Shown here: in pieces, positions 46,633-54,274 of the stretch | Position numbering within the stretch: the stretch's first letter is position 1 | How the letters are laid out: the number at the start of each line of letters is the position of its first letter | Source of the DNA: an uncultured Clostridia bacterium | GTDB taxonomy: Bacteria > Bacillota > Clostridia > TANB77 > CAG-508 | Direction of reading: 5' to 3' | Length of the DNA: 61,139 nucleotides | Assembly: GCA_944391885.1 (NCBI GenBank) | Contig: CALXVE010000002.1 | Span: forward strand, 1 to 61,139 | Notes under the pieces: generated by a model | Database searches by the model: none | Told to the model about the DNA's origin: nothing | Seen by the model: the letters and a program-made list of their open reading frames with translations, nothing else | Made by a program: the position numbers and the translations under genes

Positions 46633-46825
46633 AAATTGCCTCTTAAAATATAACTAAAGCATTAGAACTGTCTTTTTCGATTTTTAAAACCTTTCCCCTT
46701 TTGGACATCTGTAACTCGGCATAAATGCCTCGAACAGCTGTCACAATGGTCGCCCACGTAAGGCCTTAAAAATCTCAAAAGAAAGTGTCTAATGCTTTAT
46801 AGTTCACTTTAATTAAAGGCAATTT
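46633..46825. other. 193-nt nested-hairpin element filling the whole convergent intergenic gap (structured RNA of 6S-like shape, or a MITE)
   Basis: Outer arms are AAATTGCCTCTTAAAATATAACTAAAGCATTAGA / TCTAATGCTTTATAGTTCACTTTAATTAAAGGCAATTT. The second tier is CGATTTTTAAAACCTT / AAGGCCTTAAAAATC. There is an asymmetric internal loop. The apical hairpin is GACATCTGTAACTCGGCAT-aa-ATGCCTCGAACAGCTGTC. The core is GC-richer than its surroundings. Confidence 0.5.
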
Positions 46826-46830
46826 CTAGC

Positions 46831-47442
46831 TTATTCTAATACTACTGTCTCATCATCCACATACGCATAGGTCTTTAAGTCTTCCTTAACCTCAGCCCTT
46901 TCTATTTCCTTTACAATGTTTGCTATACGAATTTGTGGTGATTCTATAGAAGCTGCAGCAATTATTGCTTCTTTATTTCCCTTTGCTCCCGCATGTGCCA
47001 TACCTCTTAAAATGCCAAGCACAACAATATTTTCACCTGCTAGCACTTCTGCACCTGCATTTACATCACCTAAAATTACCAAGCTTCCCTCATATTCAAT
47101 TTTTTGTCCAGAACGTAATGAGCCCCTATGAAATTGCGTTTCTGAAGTTGCTATATCTTTATTAAATGTCTTTTTTATTCCATGTAATCCCAAAATTCTT
47201 GGACTATCAAATTCTATTTCTACTTGTAATGTACCTTGTATAATTTCTTTAATTTCATCCATTTCATCATTTTTAATTATTTTTCCCGTAATTAAAATAG
47301 GTGTTGTATCATCCTTATACAATTTTTTTAATTCTGGAAGTTTGTTTTTTAAATCTTTTAATATTTCTTCTTGTGTAGCTTCTTCACTAATTTTAATTGT
47401 TACACTGTCTTTTTTTGTTTGAATAGTAATACAATTTTTCAT
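46831..47442 (-). CDS. minC: septum site-determining protein MinC
   Basis: 203 aa. The C-terminal beta-helix motif …GSLVILGDVNAGAEVLAGENIVVLGILRGMAHAGAKGN… is typical of MinC. Confidence 0.8.
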   Translation of the reverse strand: MKNCITIQTKKDSVTIKISEEATQEEILKDLKNKLPELKKLYKDDTTPILITGKIIKNDEMDEIKEIIQGTLQVEIEFDSPRILGLHGIKKTFNKDIATSETQFHRGSLRSGQKIEYEGSLVILGDVNAGAEVLAGENIVVLGILRGMAHAGAKGNKEAIIAAASIESPQIRIANIVKEIERAEVKEDLKTYAYVDDETVVLE

Positions 47443-47460
47443 TTTTTAATACTTCCTTTC

Positions 47461-49563
47461 TTAGTTATTTGTTTGTGTACTTGGTATTGCAGTTGTATCT
47501 TCATTTAATTTTTTTGAATTCATCCCAAAGTATTTTTGTATAATCTCTTTTCCTGCAGGTGCTACATTTCCACCTGCTCCTGCATTTTCTATAACAACTA
47601 CCACTGCTATTTCCGGGTTATCATATGGTGCAAACCCTGCAAACCAGCCATTTACCTCATCATCAACGCCCGTTTCTGCAGAACCAGTCTTTCCACCAAT
47701 GTCCATACCTAAATCATGGAAAACATAGTATGCAGTACCGCCAGACTCACTTGTAACCCCTTTCATACCTTTTCTTATGGCATCAAGAGTTTCCTCTTTA
47801 ATGTTTAAGTCTGGTACATTTGCGCTATCATCAATACCTAATTTTGCATTTACTTTTTGCTCTATTTCTTCTTTTGATACTGTATTTCCATTTGCATCTG
47901 TTACAGATTTTATGATTGATACATCAATTGCTTTTCCGCCATTTGCTATCATGCTTATATATCTTGCAACTTGAATTGGAGTATAGCTATTATAGCTTTG
48001 ACCTATTGCAGATGATAATGTCTCACCCAATTGCCACTCTTCCCCTGTTTGCTCCTTTTTATATTCTTTTGTTGCTACAATTCCAGGTGATTCGCCAGAT
48101 AATTCTATTCCAGTTTTTTTACCTAATCCATATTTATATGCATAATCTGCAATTGTGTCAATTCCTAGTCTATATCCCGCTTCATAGAAATAATAGTTAC
48201 ATGAATATTTAATTGCTTCTATTATATTTATGTTTCCATGCCCATAATGCCTATCTGTGTAAATCCAACAAACCGGATGATGCCCTAATGGATATGGTCC
48301 ATTATCATTTACCAATGTTGAAGTTGTAAATTTCCCTGTTTCAAGTGCAGCTGTTGCAACAACCATTTTAAAAGTAGAGCCTGGTGCATATCTGCTAGAA
48401 ATTGCCCTATTATACAAATTGCTACCTTTTTCATATTCTTTTAGCTTTGCTTCACTAATTCCTTCAAAAAACAATTCTGGCTCATAACTTGGATAGCTTG
48501 CTAATGCCAAAACCTCACCAGTTTTTATATTCATTACTACAGCAGCCCCTGCTTTGCAGTCATATTTTGTATTATCATATGCTCCATTTGCAATTTCTTT
48601 TATATTTTTTTTAAGCGCGCTTTCTACCTCTTTTTGCAAATTAGCATCAATTGTTAAAGCAACATTATCACCTGCTATGGCATCTTGTGCAATTGCTTCT
48701 TCTGTTATAGTTCCATCAACCGCCATATCAATTTGTTTTACTCCATCTTGCCCTTTTAAATATTCCTCTAATGTATACTGAATTCCAGACCTTCCTATTA
48801 CATCATTCATTTTGTATATTTCTTTGTTCTCGTTATATTCTTGCTCATTAATGCTTCCAACATATCCTAACAAATGTGCAGCCAAACTGCCATATGGATA
48901 TTCAATAACAGGACTTGTTTCTATTGAAGTTCCTGGGAATTTGTCGCTTTGCTCTTTTATTTGGTTCGCACTTTCCCTGCTTATGTTTTTAGAAATTGTA
49001 ATTGATTTAATATTGCTAAACCCACCAATTGTAGCCTCATAGCGTACAGTCATTATTTTTAAAGCATCTTCATCATTATCACTATTAATTTCATATCTTT
49101 CCTTTAAGATATTAAAAACTTGCTCTGGTGTAGCATTTTCATCAATTTCATTATTTATCTTCCACGCTTTTTGTTCTTCTTCAGTTTCTTGTTCAAATTC
49201 TATTGGGTTTACTTTTAAAGGCAAATTATCTATATACTTGTCCTTATTTTTTTCTAATAAATTAATTAAATTTAATATTGTATTATTTAATGTTTGATTA
49301 TCTATCTTAGTTTTAAATAACTCTAAACTAAATCCCATCTCTGTAGTTACTAGTTTATTTCCACTGCTATCTGTAATATCTCCCCTTGCAGCCTTTATGG
49401 TTGATTCTCTTGTTAACCTTGTATTTGAAGTTTCTAAATATTCTTTTCCATGAATAACTTGGAGATTAAATAATTGTGCAAGCAAAATAATACCCACTAT
49501 AATAACAATAATGGAAAGTATGTTATACCTTATTTTTCCCCCATAACTTTCTCTTGCTCGCAT
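47461..49563 (-). CDS. penicillin-binding protein 2 (class B transpeptidase, elongation type)
   Basis: 700 aa with an N-terminal TM and a PBP dimerisation region. Transpeptidase motifs: STFK (GSTFKMV), SCN (KYSCNYY), KTGS (GGKTGSAE). Located in the mre cluster. Confidence 0.8.
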   Translation of the reverse strand: MRARESYGGKIRYNILSIIVIIVGIILLAQLFNLQVIHGKEYLETSNTRLTRESTIKAARGDITDSSGNKLVTTEMGFSLELFKTKIDNQTLNNTILNLINLLEKNKDKYIDNLPLKVNPIEFEQETEEEQKAWKINNEIDENATPEQVFNILKERYEINSDNDEDALKIMTVRYEATIGGFSNIKSITISKNISRESANQIKEQSDKFPGTSIETSPVIEYPYGSLAAHLLGYVGSINEQEYNENKEIYKMNDVIGRSGIQYTLEEYLKGQDGVKQIDMAVDGTITEEAIAQDAIAGDNVALTIDANLQKEVESALKKNIKEIANGAYDNTKYDCKAGAAVVMNIKTGEVLALASYPSYEPELFFEGISEAKLKEYEKGSNLYNRAISSRYAPGSTFKMVVATAALETGKFTTSTLVNDNGPYPLGHHPVCWIYTDRHYGHGNINIIEAIKYSCNYYFYEAGYRLGIDTIADYAYKYGLGKKTGIELSGESPGIVATKEYKKEQTGEEWQLGETLSSAIGQSYNSYTPIQVARYISMIANGGKAIDVSIIKSVTDANGNTVSKEEIEQKVNAKLGIDDSANVPDLNIKEETLDAIRKGMKGVTSESGGTAYYVFHDLGMDIGGKTGSAETGVDDEVNGWFAGFAPYDNPEIAVVVVIENAGAGGNVAPAGKEIIQKYFGMNSKKLNEDTTAIPSTQTNN

Positions 49564-49578
49564 TTATTCCTCCAAACT

Positions 49579-50133
49579 TTAAAAATATCTAGTAAGTACT
49601 TCTTTTTTCTTAAACAAGTTTTCTACGTAATTTCCAACCCTTTGAATAATTGGATATAATATAATTACTAGGGCAATATTGAAAATAATTTCTAATGCTA
49701 ATATTTTTAAAAATGGCAATATTTCAATTAAAGCCCCCCACCTTATAACCTGAAAAAGATAAGAACCAATTTCATAAAAAGCGGTGCTTCCTATCACCAT
49801 TAAAATTATAGTAACTCTGCTATCTTTTGAAAAATTTTTATCCAAGTATTCGCCTATTAATCCAACAAGCCCAAGCATTATTCCAGAAATACCAACCGCT
49901 TTACCTAGCATTAAGTCTAAGTAAATACCAAATATCAAACCAAATACAAAACCCAATTTTCTGCCTATAAAAAGCCCTATAAATAGCACCAATACTATAA
50001 ACAGATTAGGCATTACTCCAGATATGGTGAACCATGTAAAAAAATTTGCTTGCAAAAAATATATAACAAAAAATGTTAAAATTAAACATATAATTGTAAG
50101 AAATTTTTTCAAACTTTCACCACCTCTCATCAC
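49579..50133 (-). CDS. mreD: rod shape-determining protein MreD
   Basis: Polytopic small membrane protein directly after mreC. The start is uncertain: the ATG pair at 50133/50130 lies inside the heptamer array, and the TTG at 50112 has GAGGTGG 6 nt upstream. Confidence 0.65.
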   Translation of the reverse strand: MMRGGESLKKFLTIICLILTFFVIYFLQANFFTWFTISGVMPNLFIVLVLFIGLFIGRKLGFVFGLIFGIYLDLMLGKAVGISGIMLGLVGLIGEYLDKNFSKDSRVTIILMVIGSTAFYEIGSYLFQVIRWGALIEILPFLKILALEIIFNIALVIILYPIIQRVGNYVENLFKKKEVLTRYF

Positions 50134-50179
50134 TCACCTCTCACCTCTCATCACTCACCTCTCACCTCTCATCACTCAA
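50117..50179 (-). repeat. heptamer array (8 clean + 1 degenerate units; 21-nt superperiod x3) between mreC and mreD
   Basis: Minus strand: TTGAGTG ATGAGAG GTGAGAG GTGAGTG ATGAGAG GTGAGAG GTGAGTG ATGAGAG GTGGTGA. The mreC stop TGA (50172-74) is part of the first unit. Confidence 0.9.
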
Positions 50180-50987
50180 TTATCACCAACACCGTCTCTA
50201 TTTTTTTAAAGTCAACTGCTGTTTCTACATATGCATATCTGTCTGTAATATTTTTTGTATCTACAATTTCTTTAATCGTTCCAATTGTAATTCCCTTTGG
50301 GTATATACCACCAATTCCAGAAGTTTCAACCTTATCATTTTCAAGCACTTTAGCTTCTGTTGGTATATATGTAGCCTTTAGGGTAGAGGCTTTTTCCAAT
50401 GTACCTGTAACAATTATTGCCTCATCAGAAGTACTCATTGTAGCACTTACAGAACTTGCAGTATCTATAATTGTTTGAACCTTTGCAGTAGTTTGAGTAG
50501 TAGAAATTACATGTCCTACTAGCCCTTGGTCTGCAATAACCGTCATATTAGGCTTAACACCATCTTTTTCACCAATATTTATCACAATTGTATTATTATA
50601 ATTTGTAATATCTTTGTTAATAACATATGCTGGGATTGTCTCATATTCATTATATTTATCTTTTAAATTCACATATTCTTTTAATGTTTCATTTTCTGCT
50701 TTTAATATTTCAAGTTCTCTTAATGATTGCTCAAGCTGACTGTTTTTTGTTTTAAGTTCCTCATTTTCCTTTTGCAAATTGCTAATATCATCAAAAAAAC
50801 TGTTATTTCCTTCCACCTTATTTTTTAGATATGTTAAACCATTTTGAATCGGCATTACAAGGCTATTAAAGGCATTTTCTATATAGGACATATTTTTAAT
50901 ATCTATATTAGATAAAATAACTACTAAAATTAAAATAATAATAGTTATAATAATCCCAATAATTCCTGTTTTTTTGTTTCGGTACAT
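50172..50987 (-). CDS. mreC: rod shape-determining protein MreC
   Basis: 271 aa with an N-terminal TM, a coiled coil (LQKENEELKTKNSQLEQSLRELEILKAENETLK), and a C-terminal beta domain …GLVGHV…SGIGGIYPKGI.IG. Confidence 0.85.
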   Translation of the reverse strand: MYRNKKTGIIGIIITIIILILVVILSNIDIKNMSYIENAFNSLVMPIQNGLTYLKNKVEGNNSFFDDISNLQKENEELKTKNSQLEQSLRELEILKAENETLKEYVNLKDKYNEYETIPAYVINKDITNYNNTIVINIGEKDGVKPNMTVIADQGLVGHVISTTQTTAKVQTIIDTASSVSATMSTSDEAIIVTGTLEKASTLKATYIPTEAKVLENDKVETSGIGGIYPKGITIGTIKEIVDTKNITDRYAYVETAVDFKKIETVLVIIE

Positions 50988-51007
50988 TAAAATTCTCCCT
51001 TTTTAAT

Positions 51008-52036
51008 TTATCTCCTTCTAGAGTTTATTAAAACATCCCTTAATTTTTCTAAATCTTCCAAAGTTTTTTCTGCACCCCTTGCTACACACTCTAGTGGATT
51101 TTCAGCAATATATACAGGCATTTCAGTTTCTTGTGCTAGCAATGTATCAATTCCTTGAATTAGTGCTCCACCGCCAGATAAAACAATTCCTCTTTCCATA
51201 ATATCAGATGCAAGCTCTGGTGGAGTTCTTTCTAAAGTTTGCTTAACAATATCTACAATCTTTTGAATTGATTCGTTCATTGCCATATACACTTGTGTAG
51301 AAGTTATTGTTAATGTTTGTGGGTATCCAGTAAGTAAATCCCTGCCACTAATTTGCATACTAGTTTCTGTTACTGGCAAAATTGCACAGCCTATTTGCTT
51401 TTTTATTTGCTCTGCAGTGGTTTCGCCTATAGCAAGGTTCATTTCCCTTTTTACATAGTTTATGATGTCTTCATCAATTTCATCACCTGCTATTCTCAAA
51501 GAATTACTTACAACAATTCCACCTAGTGAAATAACGGCAACTTCTGTAGTTCCACCACCAATATCAACTATTATATTTCCACTTGGCTCAGAAACCTCTA
51601 AATTTGCACCTATTGCAGCTGCCATTGGTTCTTCTATTAAATACACCTCTTTAGCACCTGCTTGCATTACAGATTCTTCCACAGCCCTTTCTTCAACCTC
51701 TGTAATCCCAGATGGTACACCAACCACAACCCTAGGTTTACCCGCATTATACCTTTGGCAAACTCTTTGCAACATGCTTTTAAGCATTATTTGTGTTGCA
51801 GTATAATCTGCAATTACACCATCTTGTAATGGTCTAATAGCTTTTATATCTTTAGGTGTTCTTCCTAGCATTTCCTTTGCTTCTGAACCAGTTGCCAAAA
51901 TTCCACCTGTTTTTTTATCAATTGCAACAACAGAAGGCTCATTTAACACAATACCTTTTCCCTTAAGTGTTATAATAATATTTGCAGTTCCTAAATCCAC
52001 ACCAATATCTTTTGTATTAAAACCTAAAAACCCCAT
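51008..52036 (-). CDS. mreB: rod shape-determining protein MreB
   Basis: 342 aa: DIGVDLGTANI…NEPSVVA…DGVIAD…IDIGGGTTEVAVISLGG…, an actin-like MreB. Confidence 0.95.
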   Translation of the reverse strand: MGFLGFNTKDIGVDLGTANIIITLKGKGIVLNEPSVVAIDKKTGGILATGSEAKEMLGRTPKDIKAIRPLQDGVIADYTATQIMLKSMLQRVCQRYNAGKPRVVVGVPSGITEVEERAVEESVMQAGAKEVYLIEEPMAAAIGANLEVSEPSGNIIVDIGGGTTEVAVISLGGIVVSNSLRIAGDEIDEDIINYVKREMNLAIGETTAEQIKKQIGCAILPVTETSMQISGRDLLTGYPQTLTITSTQVYMAMNESIQKIVDIVKQTLERTPPELASDIMERGIVLSGGGALIQGIDTLLAQETEMPVYIAENPLECVARGAEKTLEDLEKLRDVLINSRRR

Positions 52037-52114
52037 TGTTTCATTTCCTTTCTTTGTATTTAGACAGTATCAAAATTTTCATGTGAGAAACCAGTAGTTG
52101 CCATCTATGCTTAG

Positions 52115-52170
52115 CCTTCAAACTCTAACTTTCAATTTCTAACCTCTGACCTCTAATTTCTAACTTCTAA
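52115..52170 (-). repeat. heptamer array (8 units, TTAGA type) between radC and mreB
   Basis: Minus strand: TTAGAAG TTAGAAA TTAGAGG TCAGAGG TTAGAAA TTGAAAG TTAGAGT TTGAAGG. The radC stop TAG (52153-55) and its last codons lie inside the array. Confidence 0.9.
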
Positions 52171-52860
52171 ACACGATTTTATACTTGTATATTGATTATA
52201 CCCAATTACAATATGATCTAGTAATAAAACTCCTAAAATTTCAGCTGCTTTTTCCAATCTTTTAGTAAAAGTAATATCTTCAATGCTTGGTTTTGCATTT
52301 CCACTTGGATGATTATGAATAACAATAATTTTAGGTGCACCAATTTTTACCGCTTCCATCAATATATCTTTTGTATTCACTTGTACTGAACTAGTTCCTC
52401 CTTGTGATATGGTTTGTATTTTAAGGATAACATTTTGAGAATTCATAATTACTACTTTCACTATTTCCCTTTTTTCTGTTTTTAATTCATCCATAAACAA
52501 ATTTGCAATATCTTCTGGTGTTTTAATTTTAATTTTTATTTCTTTAATCGGTTTTGAAATACGCTTTGCCAATTCACAAGTAGCTTTTAATTGAATAGCT
52601 TTCACTTTTCCTATTCCTTTAATTTGCATAAACTCCTCTATGGACAACTCTTGCAAAAACTTTAAATTATCTTCTTTGCAATTTTTACTTTTACTTAGTG
52701 AAAGTATTTTTTGTGCTAGAGTAACTGAACTTTCATCCTTTGTTCCACTCTTAATAATTATCGCTAGTAACTCTGCATTAGATAATGTATTTGCACCATA
52801 CATTTCTAGTTTTTCGTAAGGTCTTTCTGAAATAGGGAGTTCTTTCATTTTAACTGACAT
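52153..52860 (-). CDS. radC: RadC-family JAB/MPN domain protein (UPF0758)
   Basis: The ELPISERPYEKL…LSNAELLAIII N-terminus, HhH region and JAMM motif VIHNHPSGNAKPS identify the family. The start MSVKMKEL (ATG 52860) follows aaagga. Confidence 0.8.
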   Translation of the reverse strand: MSVKMKELPISERPYEKLEMYGANTLSNAELLAIIIKSGTKDESSVTLAQKILSLSKSKNCKEDNLKFLQELSIEEFMQIKGIGKVKAIQLKATCELAKRISKPIKEIKIKIKTPEDIANLFMDELKTEKREIVKVVIMNSQNVILKIQTISQGGTSSVQVNTKDILMEAVKIGAPKIIVIHNHPSGNAKPSIEDITFTKRLEKAAEILGVLLLDHIVIGYNQYTSIKSCLEVRN

Positions 52861-52926
52861 AAAAATCAATCCTTTCTATATAAAATTGCCCCCTATTAAA
52901 TTTTTTGAATTAAATATATAAGATAG

Positions 52927-53184
52927 TTAAATTTTCTTATAAACAAATATTGCTAAAACAATTCCTAATATACTTGCTATGTTTATTTTAAACATTAATG
53001 CAAAAGTAACTTTAATTACATTTAAATCTAGTTCTATTGGTGAGGTTAAGCCAAATTCTTCTCCATATGATAGCCATGATAAAAAGCTAACATTTGAAGC
53101 CAATTCTCCAAGTAATCCCCCTACCACTATTCCTGATAATATAAATAAAATTAAAATCCATATACTTTTTTCTCTAACTGCCAT
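52927..53184 (-). CDS. DUF4321 family small membrane protein
   Basis: 85 aa with two TMs. The sequence …GIVVGGLLGEL…LSYGEEFGL.SPIELDL.VIK.TF… and the position upstream of radC-mreB are typical for DUF4321. Confidence 0.6.
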   Translation of the reverse strand: MAVREKSIWILILFILSGIVVGGLLGELASNVSFLSWLSYGEEFGLTSPIELDLNVIKVTFALMFKINIASILGIVLAIFVYKKI

Positions 53185-53234
53185 CTTTCGTTTCTCCTTT
53201 TTTTATTATGGCAGTAGAGATTAATAATATAAAC

Positions 53235-53262
53235 ATCTCACTGCTCACATCTCGTTACTCAG
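53235..53262 (-). repeat. heptamer array (4 units) at the start of the DUF4321-radC-mre leader
   Basis: Minus strand: CTGAGTA ACGAGAT GTGAGCA GTGAGAT, beginning 3 nt after the -10 box. Confidence 0.75.
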
Positions 53263-53264
53263 AT

Positions 53265-53293
53265 ATTATATATGCAAATAGCTTTTTTTTCAA
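53265..53293 (-). promoter_or_regulatory. sigma-A type promoter of the DUF4321-radC-mreBCD operon
   Basis: Minus strand: TTGAAA (53293-53288), 17 nt spacer, TATAAT (53270-53265). Confidence 0.5.
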
Positions 53294-53462
53294 GATATTA
53301 AATTATTATTTCATATATTTTTTTAAAACTATTCACTTTTTATTTTAATTGTGCTATATTATGAATACAAAATCAATAATTTTCCATAAATTGTTGGTTT
53401 CATTTATTAAGCAAAAGTAGTATAATATTAATATACTAGGAAAATATATGGAGGCAATTTTA

Positions 53463-54092
53463 ATGAAGTTTGAGAAACTAAGTGAAAATAAAATAAGAAT
53501 TACCCTTACAATTCAAGATTTAGTTGAAAAGGAAATTGATTTTCATGTTTTTATGTCTAACTCAATTGAGTCACAGGATATTTTATTAGATATGCTCGAA
53601 CAAGCAAAAAAAGAAACAGGTTTTGACCCAGAAAATTATAATCTAAAAATAGAAGCTTTGGCTATGGCAGATAAAAGTTTTATTTTTACAATAACTAAGG
53701 ACGTTCCTGAAGAAAAAGTTAAGGCTCCAAAGAAAAAATTTGTTGTTAAAAGAAAAACTTTAAGTCCTTCTTCGACACAAGCAATTTACTCTTTTAATAG
53801 TTTTGATGATTACTGTAATTTTCTTCAGTTTTTAAAAGATAGTAATTTGTTTGATAACATTCAAGCTATAGCAGATTCAGTTACACTTTATGAATATAAA
53901 GAAAAATATTATTTATTATTAGATTCAATACATACCGATATTGTTAGTAAATTAAAATTTTATTCTACTATTACAGAATTTGCCAAATATGTTACAAATT
54001 CAAAATTATTTTATTGTAAATTAACAGAATTCGGAAATTTAATAATGAAAAATAATGCACTACAAATTGGTTTTGAGCATTTTGTTAATTAG
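53463..54092 (+). CDS. mecA: adaptor protein MecA
   Basis: MKFEKLSENKIRITLTIQDLVEKEIDFH… is a MecA-type N-terminus (M.IE…TI.V.L..DL.ERG), and the length is about 210 aa. The ATG at 53463 follows ggagg (the track starts 15 nt earlier). Confidence 0.6.
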   Translation: MKFEKLSENKIRITLTIQDLVEKEIDFHVFMSNSIESQDILLDMLEQAKKETGFDPENYNLKIEALAMADKSFIFTITKDVPEEKVKAPKKKFVVKRKTLSPSSTQAIYSFNSFDDYCNFLQFLKDSNLFDNIQAIADSVTLYEYKEKYYLLLDSIHTDIVSKLKFYSTITEFAKYVTNSKLFYCKLTEFGNLIMKNNALQIGFEHFVN

Positions 54093-54140
54093 AGGTTAGA
54101 AGTTGTACGCTAATACTATAAATAATATTTTTACATCATT

Positions 54141-54187
54141 AAAAATAGAGTATTTTACTAATCAAATTGTAAAATACTCTATTTTTC
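54141..54187. terminator. bidirectional terminator between mecA and the M23 peptidase gene
   Basis: AAAATAGAGTATTTTA-ctaatcaaattg-TAAAATACTCTATTTT: a 16-bp stem with A/T runs on both sides. Confidence 0.6.
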
Positions 54188-54204
54188 TTAATTATTCATT
54201 GCAC

Positions 54205-54274
54205 TTCTCACTACTCACATCTCACCACTCACATCTCGCTGTTCACTTCTCACCACTCACATCTCACCACTCAA
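54205..54274 (-). repeat. heptamer array (10 units) in the 3' UTR of the M23 peptidase gene
   Basis: Minus strand: TTGAGTG GTGAGAT GTGAGTG GTGAGAA GTGAACA GCGAGAT GTGAGTG GTGAGAT GTGAGTA GTGAGAA. It starts at the base after the TAA stop (54275-77). Confidence 0.9.

Noticed and set aside
50024-50209. Plus-strand ORF encoding repeated LITHLSP peptides
   Set aside because: It is simply the heptamer array read on the wrong strand. It has no RBS and overlaps the mreD and mreC ends.
53175-53215. 8-bp pairing ACTGCCAT/ATGGCAGT enclosing the SD and start codon of the DUF4321 gene
   Set aside because: The stem is short with a 23-nt loop. This is easily a chance occurrence in this composition, and there is no supporting second example.
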